Below the pieces are notes generated by a model. The model saw only the letters and a list, made by a program, of their open reading frames with translations, searched no databases and had not been told where the DNA came from. 64,000 bases of DNA from Malacoraja senta (lineage: Eukaryota): assembly GCA_038087875.1 (NCBI GenBank), contig CM075994.1, positions 9,736,001 through 9,800,000 on the forward strand. Direction: 5' to 3'. Shown here piece by piece: positions 25,573-36,732 of this stretch (position 1 is its first letter; every line of letters begins with the position of its first letter). The position numbers were made by a program, and so were the translations under genes.

Positions 25573-26190
25573 GGTAGACAAAAATGCTGGAGAAACTCAG
25601 CGGGTGAGGCAGCATCTATGGAGAGAAGGAATAGGTGACGTTTCGGGTCGAGACCCTTCTTCAGACTGATGTCGGGGGGGCGGGAGGAAGAAAGGAAGTT
25701 GCAGAGAAAGTGGGCTTGTGGGAGACCTGGGAAAAAGGAGGGGAAGGAGGGAGAAAGCAGGGACTACCTGCAATTGGAGAAGTCAATGTTCATACCGCTG
25801 GGTGTAAACTGCCCAAGCGAAATATGAGGTGCTGCTCCTCCAATTTATAGGTAATAGGTAACGTTTCGGGTCAAGACCCTTCTTCAGACTGATGTAGGGT
25901 GGGGGGGGGGGGGGGGGAGGGGCGGGAAGAAGAAAGGAAGAGGAGGAGCCCAAGGACTGAGGGGGAGCTGAGAAGAGGAGGAGACAGCAAGGGCTACCGG
26001 AAATTGGAGAAGTCAATGTTCATACCGCTGGGGTTTAAACTACCCAAGCGAAATATGAGGTGCTGCTCCTCCAGTTTGCACTGGGCCTCACTCTGGCCAT
26101 GGAGGAGGCCAGGACAGAAAGGTCAAATTGGGAATGGGAGGGGGAGTTGAAGTGCTGAGCCAACGGGAAATCAGGTTGGTTATTGCGGAC
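25573..26190 (-). mobile_element. Penelope-like element with tandem pseudo-LTRs, inserted in CR1
   Basis: Two tandem units, each with a GIY-YIG C-terminal remnant and a hammerhead-like core (25634-25667, 25857-25890). Confidence 0.78.
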
Positions 26191-26600
26191 ACAGATTCCT
26201 ATTAAATCCTTTCCCCTTAACCTTGAACCTATGTCCTCTGGTCCTCGATTTCCCTACTCTGGGTAAAAGACTCTACCTGATCTATTCCTCTCATGATTTT
26301 GTACACCTCTATAAGATCCCCCCCTCATCCTCCTACGCTCCATGGAATAGAGACCCAGCCTACTCAACCTCTCCTGTAGCTCACACCCTCTAGTCCTGGC
26401 AACATCCTCGTAAATCTTCTCTGTACCCTTTCCAGCTTGACAACATCTTTCCTATAACATGGTGTCCAGAACAGAACACAATACATCTACCCGATCTATT
26501 CCACTCATGATTTTGTACACATCAGGCGAACATGAAGTATTCAAATCAAATCAAATTCACGTCAAAATCGATGCTCGTGGCCAGTGTATTTCTCCGCGGA

Positions 26601-26960
26601 TTGTCACCTTGTCGTGTTGGAGAAGCTTGTGTGGTCCTGAGATCCTGAGAGCGATGCCGTCTGGAGCGATGCTCCTGGTAGGGCCACCCATGGCGGTAAG
26701 GTCGAGGGGGGAGGACTTGGACAGAGAGCAATCCAACCAAGACCTCAACGGTGGAACAGGCGGAGGACGATGGCTGACCTTAGTGGAGCGTCACAACGGC
26801 TGGGAAGGCGGATGAAGGCTGCAGCAGAAAAGGGTCTCCGGTCGTCTTGGACTCCTTGCCACTGGATCCCGACCCAGATCTGTCAAGGGCCGTGGGGTGG
26901 CTGTCTGTGCACCAGTCTCCCCACGTTAAACAAAGTCACGCACGGGGCGTCCTCCACATA
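26601..26960 (+). mobile_element. RTE-clade (Rex3/Expander-like) 5' UTR remnant
   Basis: GTCACCTTGTCGTG...GATCCTGAGAGC...CCTGGTAGGGCCACCCATGGC resembles recalled fish RTE 5' UTRs; no ORF follows. Confidence 0.5.
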
Positions 26961-27570
26961 GGGACGCGTGCGGACGTGGCGTCGAAGGACGAGAAGCCGA
27001 AGCGAAGAAGTCAAAGCCAAATGGAAACGAAGCCGAAAAGCCAAGGAACCGAAAGGGCGGGAAGCCGAAAAGCAACTAACAGAAAGGATGGGACGCCTAA
27101 AAGCCAACTAACAGAAAGGCTGCGTCGCCTAAAAGCAAACTCACCGAATGGCCGCTCTGCCGAAACGCCCCAACCGAAAGGCTGCGTCGCCTACAAGCCA
27201 ACTCACCGAATGCCGCTCTGCCGAAAAGTCAAATAATGGCTTGTGTGGGAAAATGACCCCCACCCTCCCATCTCCACCGGCCAGTGATGTGATGGACGCG
27301 GGGTCTGGAACAATCGCTGACAAGTCCCGCCCCCCCTGGCAACGCCATGTCCGTTATTTGACTTTTCGACAGAGCGGCATTCGGTTAGTTGGCTTGTAGG
27401 CGACGCAGACTTTCGGTTCGGTGGCGTTTCGGCAGAGTGGCCATTCTGTTAGTTGGCTTTTATGCTCCGCCGTTTCTGTTCGTCGGCGTTTCGGCTTCGT
27501 TTCCATTCGGCTATTTGGCTTCGACCTCTTTGCTTCGGCTTCTCGTCCTTCGGCGCCAGTTCCGGGTACC
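26961..27570. mobile_element. Foldback-type MITE with long inverted arms
   Basis: Left arm GGCGTCGAAGGACGAGAAGCCGAAGC...GAAAAGTCAAATAA is mirrored by TTATTTGACTTTTC...GCTTCGGCTTCTCGTCCTTCGGCGCC. Confidence 0.8.
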
Positions 27571-27750
27571 ATATAGGGAATAGCACCCTGGAGACACCCA
27601 TGGTTAGCCACGACCGAGGGGTGGGGGGGGGGGAAGAAGGTCAGTGTGGTAGGACACGGGGAATGAAACAAGGAACAAGGAGAGGTTGTGGGTGGGGGGC
27701 ACCAAGATGGAAGTGGTTTCAGGGTGAGCATTCTGCCCGACAGTTCTTAC

Positions 27751-27837
27751 CTCTGAGACACGCCACGCCAGTTAGAAACAAGAGAAACGCGCTTGCGTAC
27801 GGAGTGGCTGGGATGATCTTCGACATAACAATATAAC
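27751..27837 (-). CDS. ABHD16A: ABHD16A exon, 87 bp (most 5' exon visible; transmembrane segment)
   Basis: (G)YIVMSKIIPATPYASAFLLFLTGVACLR; poly(T)-AG acceptor, GTAAG donor; phase 1/1. Confidence 0.93.
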
Positions 27838-28184
27838 CTAAAAAAAAATGTTAAATCACATTAATCTACCGTAACAACGACAGTACATCATAACTTTGAT
27901 CCCCACCACGGGGACGCAGACTTACCATCGGAGCCTGTGATCCATTGCCCGGGATCGATGCTCCAACCGGGCAGCGGATTTCACCATCGAGGAGCTCGCG
28001 GTCTCCGTAGAGACCGACGTCTGGAAGCTCCAAAAGCCGCAGAAGGTTCAATAGACAATAGGTGCAGGAGTAGGCCATTCAGCCCTTCGACCCAGCACCA
28101 CCATTCACTGCGATCATGGCTGATCATCCCCAATCAGTACCCCGTTCCTGCCTTCTCCCCATATCCCCTGACTCCGCTATCTTT

Positions 28185-28668
28185 TTTTTTTTTAATATAT
28201 ATTTTTAAAATATATTTGATTTATATGAAGTAATGTACATTACAGTGATATAAGCCAAAATAACATAATACATTTCCTGTACCACTTCTTGTTTTAAACT
28301 TTAAAAAGAAGAAAAATAAAGAGAGTTCGATAAGATAGTAAGTGCGTGAAAGAGTGATCAGGAGAAACCCGTAGAAGCGTCAAACACGAGAAAGAGTTAG
28401 AAAGAAAACCAAAGAAAAAGAAAGAGAAAAATAGAGAACAGAAGATATAAGAAAGTAAGAGAAGATAAAAGGGATGTACCTACTTCGTATCTTTACACAC
28501 CCCTCACCAGGCCATGAAACCATTTATTTTCAAAGTTATGTTGCACCCTATGCTTGTAATAAGTCGATAAATGGAGACCAAATCTTTTGGAAATGGTCTG
28601 ATTTGCCTGCTAGGAGGAATCTCATGTCTTCCAGGTGTAACATTTCGGACATATTTGAAAGCCACATT
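28185..28668 (-). mobile_element. L1-type 3' fragment inserted in a CR1 3' end
   Basis: Poly(T) start; TSD TGACTCCGCTATCTTT at 28169-28184 and 28669-28684. Confidence 0.75.
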
Positions 28669-28952
28669 TGACTCCGCTATCTTTAAGAGCTCTATCTAAC
28701 TCTCTCTTGAAAGCATCCAGAGAACCGGCCTCCACTGAGGCAGGGAATCCACAGACTCACCACTCTCTGGGTGAAAAAGCTTTTCCTCGTCTCCGTTCTA
28801 AATTTGTTCTCTTCCTCCGTTTTATACAATGTTTACATATTCACTTTTTCTGTTGTGCTGCAGCAAGTAAGAATTTCATTGTCCCGTCCGGGACATATGA
28901 CAATAAAACTCTCTTGACTCTTGTGTTCCTCCAGTCGTGATTTTTATAAACA

Positions 28953-29480
28953 ATAGATAATAGACAATAGACAAACGGTGCAGGAGTAGGCCATTCGGCC
29001 CTTCGAGCCAGCACCGCCATTCAAAGTGATCATGGCTGATCATCCCCAATCAGTACCCCGTTCCTGCCTTCTCCCATATCCCCCGACTCCGCTATCTTTA
29101 AGAGCCCTATCTAGCTCTCTCTTGAAAGCATCCAGAGAACCTGCCTCCACTGCCCTCTGAGGCAGAGAATTCCACAGACTCACCACTCTCTGTGAGAAAA
29201 AATGTTTCCTCGTCTCCGTTCTAAATGGCTTACCCCTTATTCTTAAACTGTGACGCCTGCTTCTGGACTCCCCCAACATCAGGAACATGTTTCCTGCCTC
29301 TAGCCTGTCCAACCCCTTAACAATGTTATATGTTTCAATGAGATGCCCTCTCATCCTTCTAAACTCCAGAGTGTACAAACCCAGCCGCTCCATTCTCTCG
29401 GCATATGACAGTCCCGCCATCCCGGGAATTAACCTTGTGAACCTACGCTGCACTCCCTCAATGGGCAAGAATGTCCTTCC
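28953..29480 (-). mobile_element. CR1/HER1 LINE 3' fragment
   Basis: ORF 29040-29468 (CR1 RT C-terminus) plus tail. Confidence 0.88.
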
Positions 29481-29666
29481 TGTATTTGTTAATTATTATA
29501 TTTGTTAACTATATTTGTTATTTATTGAACTTTTTATTTTGTTCTCTTCCTCCGTTTTATACAATGTTTACATATTCACTTTTTCTGTTGCGCTGCAGCA
29601 AGTAAGAATTTCATTGTCCCGCCCGGGGACGTATGACAATAAAACACTCTTGACTCTTGAGTTCCT

Positions 29667-29866
29667 NNNNNNNNNNNNNNNNNNNNNNNNNNNNNNNNNN
29701 NNNNNNNNNNNNNNNNNNNNNNNNNNNNNNNNNNNNNNNNNNNNNNNNNNNNNNNNNNNNNNNNNNNNNNNNNNNNNNNNNNNNNNNNNNNNNNNNNNNN
29801 NNNNNNNNNNNNNNNNNNNNNNNNNNNNNNNNNNNNNNNNNNNNNNNNNNNNNNNNNNNNNNNNNN
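29667..29866. other. Assembly gap (200 N)
   Basis: Run of exactly 200 N. Confidence 1.
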
Positions 29867-30066
29867 GTTGCAACTGGTGAATCCTACGCTGCACTCCCTC
29901 AACTGCAAGAATGTTGAGCGATAATGTGTGTGGGATAGTGTTGGTGTGCGGGGTTCGCTGGTCGGTGGGCCGAATGGCCTGTTTCTCTGCGCTGCATCTC
30001 TGGACTAAACAGGTCACGGAATCCCAACGACTGGTCAAACCAGACACCCTCCAAACAGATTCTTAC

Positions 30067-30096
30067 CTTCAAGAAAGATTTCCCTCCTTTGAGTTC
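30067..30096 (-). CDS. FAM102/EEIG-family (NT-C2 domain) microexon, 30 bp
   Basis: ELKGGKSFLK (human FAM102A ELKGGKAYSK); tttatctttcgacAG acceptor, GTAAGA donor; phase 0/0, in frame with 32229-32349. Confidence 0.88.
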
Positions 30097-31619
30097 CTGT
30101 CGAAAGATAAATCTTCATTAAACACAGGTCGACAACTATATATAGAGTTTCAACTGTCCCGTATTAGCCGGGACATCCCGTATATTGGGCTAAATTGGTT
30201 TCTCCCTTGTCCCTGCTACTCGGGTCGAGGGGACTGTCGGGTCGGCCCCCGCCTCACCCGTCCCGACGTAGTGCAGCCCATGGAGTGCAGCAGCAGCAGC
30301 AGCTCCTCGCCCGTGGCCCCGTCGGTCGGTCGGCAGCCCGGCCAGCTGTCCGAATTTCGGACCTTCGCTGACCACCGACACCACCACCACCCCCCCTCCT
30401 TCTCACGGCCGATCGCCGGTTCGCGAGTTGGACGGGGTGCCGGACAGTGCGCGCGGCCCCCTGGGCCAAAACTCCTCAGCTAGCCCCGCCGGCTGGGCTT
30501 TGTGTGCAATCCAGCACCCGGGGCCAACTCATCATTCACCCAGACACGGCCCAGTCGGTCAACAAATTGCCGTGGGGAATTTGTCCCGTATTTTGACCTT
30601 TTGTTCCTTATTTGGGAGTGAGAAAGTTGGCGACAGTAGTCTCTATATCTTCACGTTTGCGCAGGGCCTGGGAGTATTGTCAGCACTTTTGGGCACCATA
30701 TCTGAGGAAGGATGTGCCGGCTCCAGAGTTTAGAAGAATGGAGTTTAGAAGAATGAGGGGGGGGGGGACCTCATTGAAACTTACAGAATAGTGAAAGGCC
30801 TGGATGTGGAGAGGATGTTTCCACTAGTGGGAGAGTCTAGGACCAGAGGCCACAGCCTCAGAATTAAAGGACGTTCCTTTAGAAAGGAGATGAGGGGGAA
30901 TTTCTTTAGTCAGAGGGTGGTGAATCTGTGGAATTCTTTGCTACAGACGGCTGTGGAGGCCAAGTCAGTGGATATTTTTAAGGCCGAGATAGATAGATTC
31001 TTGATTAGGACGGGTGTCGGGGGTTATGGGGAGAAGGCAGGAGAATGGGGTTAGGGGAGAGAGATAGATCAGCCACGCTTGAATGGCGGAGTGGACTTGA
31101 TGGGCCGAATGGCCTAATTCTGCTCATAGGTCTTGTGGTCCTGCACTCTCCCAGAGTTGGGAATTATTCATTGCGATGATTTTTTAAAGAGTCATACATC
31201 AAGGAAACAGGCCCTTCGGCCCACCGAATCCATCCATCACTCGTTCCATGATATCCCACTTTCCCATCCACTCCCTACACATCACGGACCACGTGGGTTT
31301 TCTCCAGGCGCTCTGGTTTCCTCCCACATCCCAAAGAGAGCCAGTTAACCTACAAACTGCACGTCTTTGGGATGTTGGAGGAATCCGGGGCGGCCTGGAG
31401 AAAACCCACGCGGTCACAGGGAGAACGTGCAGAGTCCCCACACACACAGAAAGCAGACGTGTAGGTTTACAGGTTAATTGGCTTGGTAGCATTGTAAATT
31501 GTCCCTAGTGTGTGTGGGCTGGTGTTAGTGTGCGGGGATCGCTGGTCGGTGTGGACCCGGTGGGCCGAAGGGCCTGTTTCCACGCTGTATCTCTAAGTTA
31601 ACCTAACCTAAACTGACAG

Positions 31620-31972
31620 AAAAACTATCCGAAAACTAACTGAAAACTGACAAAAATTAAACAAAAATTAAACAAAAATTAAACGAAAATTAAGCGAAAA
31701 TTAAACAAAAATTAAGTGAAAATTAAACAAAAATTAAATGAAAATTGAACGAAAATTAAACAAAAGTTTTAAAAAAATTAAACGAAAATTAAACAAAAAT
31801 TAAATGAAATTAAACAAAAATTAAACGAAAATTAAATTAAAATTAAACAAAAATTAAACAAAAATTAAACGAAAATTAAACAAAAATTAAACAAAAATTA
31901 AATGAAAATTAAACGAAAATTAAACAAAAATTAAACAAAAATTAAATAAAAATGAAACAGAAATTAAACAAA
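31620..31972. repeat. 10-bp minisatellite (AAAATTAAAC)n
   Basis: Direct tandem periodicity. Confidence 0.95.
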
Positions 31973-32228
31973 CACTAAACAGTGGCCGACGTCGGGATCG
32001 AACCCGGGTCTCTGGCGCTGTGAGGCAGCAACTCTCCCGAGTAGCGTAGGGCTGGTGGATATGGGCACTCGATGGGTCAGCAGGGGCAGGTGTGGGCCAA
32101 AGGGCCCGGTTCGCTGCCGTGTGATGGGGCCCTTGGCAGTGGGAGGCAGCTTGGAGGGCCGGAGGTGTCGGGGTGGGGATAGAAGGGGTGGAGGGGCCGA
32201 GTGGCCTCTGCGCCGCGCCGGCACTCAC

Positions 32229-32349
32229 CTTGCGAATGGAGAGCCGGCACACACTGGGCTCCAGGACCCCCGTCACCGAGCCCGCCGACATCTTGCACAT
32301 GAAGCTGCTCCTCTTGTCCCAGCGTACACTGTTATGGTGCACCTCCTCT
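32229..32349 (-). CDS. FAM102/EEIG-family (NT-C2 domain) exon, 121 bp
   Basis: EEVHHNSVRWDKRSSFMCKMSAGSVTGVLEPSVCRLSIRK (human FAM102A [40 protein letters not shown]); ccccAG acceptor, GTGAGT donor; phase 2/0. Confidence 0.9.
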
Positions 32350-32359
32350 CTGGGGCAGG

Positions 32360-32940
32360 GCAGGGGGAGGAGAGAGGGAGGGGGGGAGAGAAGGGAAGAG
32401 AGACGGGGGGAGAGAGGGAGGGAGGGAGGGGAGAGAGAGAGGGAGAGAGGGGAGAGAGAGGGGGAGAGTGGGTAGAGAGGGAGGGAGGGCAGAGAGAGAG
32501 GGAGGAGAGAGGGGAGTGAGCGCGGAGAAAGAAGGGGGAGGGGGAGAGAGAGAGGGGGAAAGGGGGGGAGAGAGGGGGGGAGAGAGAGGACGGAGGAGGA
32601 GAGAAAGGTTGGGAGAGAAAGGAGGAATGGGGGCGAGAAAGATGGAGAGAGAACAAGTTGGGGAGAGAGAGAGAGAGAGAGGGGGGTGGGGAGAGACAAG
32701 GGAGCAGGGGAAGAAAGAAGGGGAGGATAGAGAGAGAAAGAAAGAGAAGTGGAGTAATGGGGAAGGGAGTTGGGGAAGAGAGGAAGGTGGAAGGAGAGAA
32801 GGGGAGAGTGAGACAGAGAGGGAAAGAGAGAGGGTGGGGAGGGGGAGAGTGATATAAAAGAGCAGAGAGGGAGAAGAGAGGGGGGGAAGAAGGGGGCGAG
32901 AAAGGGGCGGGGAGGGTGGAGTGGGAGTAACGAGATGAAG
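32360..32940. repeat. Polypurine low-complexity tract (polypyrimidine on the transcribed strand)
   Basis: G/A-rich composition directly upstream of the FAM102-like acceptor. Confidence 0.9.
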
Positions 32941-33099
32941 ATGAGAATAGATTGCAGGCAGGGATATCGCACCCACTGCCCTTTAGAGCCCCCGCCCCCT
33001 CAAAACCTCCCCCTCTCCTCCCCCCCCCCTCAAACCTCCCCCTCTCCCACCCCTCAAACCCTCCCCCATCTCCCCCCCCCCTCCTCTTTACATAGAAAC

Positions 33100-35360
33100 A
33101 TAGACAGGTGCAGGAGGAGGCCATTCGGCCCTTCGAGCCAGCACCGCCATTCATTGTGATCATGTCTGATCGTCCCCAATCAATAACCCGTGCCTGCCTT
33201 CTCCCCATATCCCTTGATTCCACCAGCCCCTAGAGCTCTATTTAACGCTCTCTTAAACCCATCCAGTGATTTGGCCTCCACTGCCCTCTGTGGCAGGGAA
33301 TTCCACAAATTCACAACTCTCTGGGTGAAAACTTTTTTTCTCACCTCAGTCTTAAATAACCATATAACCATATAACAATTACAGCATGGAAACAGGCCAT
33401 CTCGGCCCTTCAAGTCCATGCCGAACACTTTTTTCTCCCCTAGTCCCATCTACCTGCACTCAGACCATAACCCTCCATTCCTTTCCCGTCCATATACCGA
33501 TCCAATCTATTTTATAAAATCGAACCTGCCTCCACCACTTCCACTGGAAGCTCATTCCACACAGCTACCACTCTCTGAGTAAAGAAGTTCCCCCTAATGT
33601 TACCCCTAAACTTCTGTCCCTTAATTCTCAATCATGTCCTCTTGTTTGAATCTTCCCTACTCTCAAATGGGAAAAGCTTATCCACGTCAACTCTGTCTAA
33701 CACGCTCATAATTTTAAAGACCTCTATCAAGTCCCCCCTTAACCTTCTGCCATAGAATAAAGACCTAACTTGTTCAGCCTTTCTCTGTAATTTAGTTGCT
33801 GAAACCCAGGCAACATTCTCGTAATCTCCTCTGTACTCTCTCCCTTGAGTGATAAATGATCTCCCCTTTATTCTAAGACTGTGTGGCCCCTGGTTCTGGA
33901 ATCGCCCAAACATTGGGAACATTTTTCCTGCATTTAGCTTGTCCAGTCCTTTTACAATTTTATATGTTTCTATAAGATCCCCCCCACCCCCTCATCCTTC
34001 TAAACTCCAATAAATACAAGCCTAGCCTTTTCAATATTTTCCTCATATGACATTCCCGCCATCCCGGGATCAATCACGTGAACCTATGCTGCAAACTGCC
34101 TCAATCACAAGGATGTCCTTCCCTCAAATTAGGAGATCAAAACTGGACACAATACTCCAGATGTGGTCTCACCAGAGCCCTATACAACTGCAGAAGAACC
34201 TCTTTCTCCCCTCTCTCTCTCCTCTCTCCTCCTCTCCTCTTCTCTCTCCCCCCTCTCTCTCTCTCTCTCACTCCCCTCCTCTCTTCTTCCACCTTCTCAC
34301 CCCCTCTCCCTCACCCCAGAGCCTGGGTGCATCAACGTGTCACAACTATCCCGTCATCCCCTCTACTCACGCACCCAGCGAATGGTATGTTGGCCTTCAT
34401 AACAAGAGGAGGTTGAGTATAGAAGCAAAGAGGTCCTTCTGCAGTTGTACAGGGCCCTAGTGAGACCACACCTGGAGTATTGTATGCAGTTTTGGTCCCC
34501 TAATTTTGAGGAAGGACATTCTTGCTATTGACGGAGTGGAGCGTAGATTTACAAGGTTAATTCCCGGGATGGCGGGACTGTCATATGCTGAGAGAATGGA
34601 GGCCGGCTGGGCTTGTACACTCTGGAGTTTAGAAGGATGAGAGGATATCTTATTGAAACATATAAGATTATTAAGGGTTTGGACACGCTGGAGGCAGGAA
34701 ACTTGTTCCCGATGTTGGGGGAGTACAGAACCAGGGGCCACACAGTTTAAGAATAAGGGTAAGCCATTTAGAACGGAGACGAGGAAACACTTTTCTCACA
34801 GAGAGTTGTGAGTCTGTGGAATTCTCTGCCTCAGAGGGCAGTGGAGGCCGGTTCTCTGGATACTTTCAAGAGAGAGTTGGATAGATCTCTTAAAGATAGC
34901 GGAGTCAGGGATATGGGGAGAAGGCAGGAACGGGGTACTGATTGGGGATGATCAGCCATGATCACAGTGAATGGCGGTGCTGGCTCGAAGGGCCGAATGC
35001 CTCACTCCTGCACCTATGTCTATTGTCTAAAATCTCCTCACTGTTACTTGGTGGGAGAGTCTAGGACTAGAGGCCACAGCCTAAGAATTAAAGGATGTTC
35101 TTTTAGGAAGGAGATGAGATAGGAATTTCTTTAGTCAGAGGGTGGTGAATCTGTGGAATTCTTTGCCACAGACGGCTGTGGAGGCCAAGTCAGTGGGTAT
35201 ATTTAGGGTGGAGATTGACAGATTCTCGATTAGTACGGCTGTCAGATGTTATGGGGAGAAGGCAGGAGAATGGGGTTAGGAGGGAGAGATAGATCAGCCA
35301 TGATTGAATGGCGGAATAGACTTGATGGGCCGAATGGCCTAATTCTGCTCCTATCACTTA
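33100..35360. mobile_element. Nested CR1/HER1 fragments on both strands
   Basis: CR1 RT motifs and 3' tails (minus about 33100-34200; plus about 34378-35028 and 35050-35360). Confidence 0.85.
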
Positions 35361-36159
35361 TGACCTTGTGATGTGTGCATTCATTGACCTTATGACAACA
35401 AACTGAACTGAAACTTGGTTTCAAACTTGGTCTGAAGAAGGGTGTCGACCCGAACCGTCACCCGTTCCTTCTCTCCAGAGATGCTGCCTGTCCCACTGAG
35501 TTACTCCAACGTTTTGTGTCTATCTCCGGTTTCTACATTCAGGTCGAGTTGCCGGATTTTTGTGCCTTCACAGTTTCAAAGAGTGATACAGTGTGGAAAC
35601 AGGCCCTTCGGCCCAACTCGCCCACACCGGCCAACAATGTCCCACTTGCCTGCGCTTGGTCCATATCCCTCTATGTACATGTCCAACTGTTTCTTAAACG
35701 ATTGGATAGTCCCAGCCTCAACTACCTCTTCCGGCAGCTCGTTCCATACACCCACCACCCTCTGCGTGAAAAAGTTACCCCTCGGATTCCTATTAAATCT
35801 TTTCCCCTTCACCTTGATGTCCTCTGGTCCTCGATTCCACTACTCTGGGCTAGAGACTCTGTGCATCTACCCGATCTATTCCTCTCATGATTTTGTACAC
35901 CTCTATAAGATCACCCCTCATCCTCCTGCGCTCCATGGAATAGAGACCCAGCCTGCTCAACCTCTCCCTGTATCTCACACCCTCTAGTCCTGGCAACATC
36001 CTCGTAAATATATTCTGAACCCTTTCAAGCTTGACAATATCCTACCTATAACATGGTGCCCAGAACTGAACACAATATTCTAAATGCCGTCTCACCAACA
36101 TCTTATACAACTGCAACATGACCTCCCAACTTCTATACTCAATACTCTGACTGATGAAG

Positions 36160-36732
36160 GCTTTACCTCCCCCCTTGACTCCATCCAAGGACCCGAGCAG
36201 TCTTTCCAGGTGAGGCAGAGGTTCACCTGCACCTCCTCGAACCTCATCTGCTGCATCCGCTGCTCCAGGTGTCAGCTGCTCTACATCGGTGAGACCAAGT
36301 GCAGGCTTGGCGATCGCTTCGCCCAACACCTCCGCTCGGTCCGCATTAACCAACCTGATCTCCCGGTGGCTCAGCACCTCAACTCCCCCTCCCATTCCCA
36401 ATCCGACCTTTCTGTCCTGGGCCTCCTCCATGGCCAGAGTGAGTCCCACTGTAAATTCGAGGAGCAGCACCTCATATTACGCTTGGGCAGTTTACACCCC
36501 AGCGGTATGAACATTGACTTCTCCAATTTCAGGTAGTCCCTGCTTTCTCCCTCCTTCCCCTCCCCTTCCCAGCTCTCCCACAGCCCACTGTCTCCGCCTC
36601 TTCCTTTCTTCTCCCGCCCCCCCCCCTCACCCCCACATCAGTCTGAAGAAGGGTCTCGACCCTAAACATCGCCTATTCCTTTGCTCCGTAGATGTTGCCT
36701 CACCTGCTGAGTTTCTCCAGCATTTTTGTCTA
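36160..36732 (+). mobile_element. Penelope-like GIY-YIG fragment plus pseudo-LTR, inserted in a minus-strand CR1 (about 35580-37140)
   Basis: ORF 36084-36536: FTCTSSNLICCIRCSRCQLLYIGET...GMNIDFSNFR; flanking CR1 has [11 protein letters not shown] and KFADDTK. Confidence 0.88.

Noticed and set aside
27837..30067. Direct FAM102-ABHD16A fusion by splicing
   Set aside because: Incompatible phases (0 versus 1) and an intervening assembly gap
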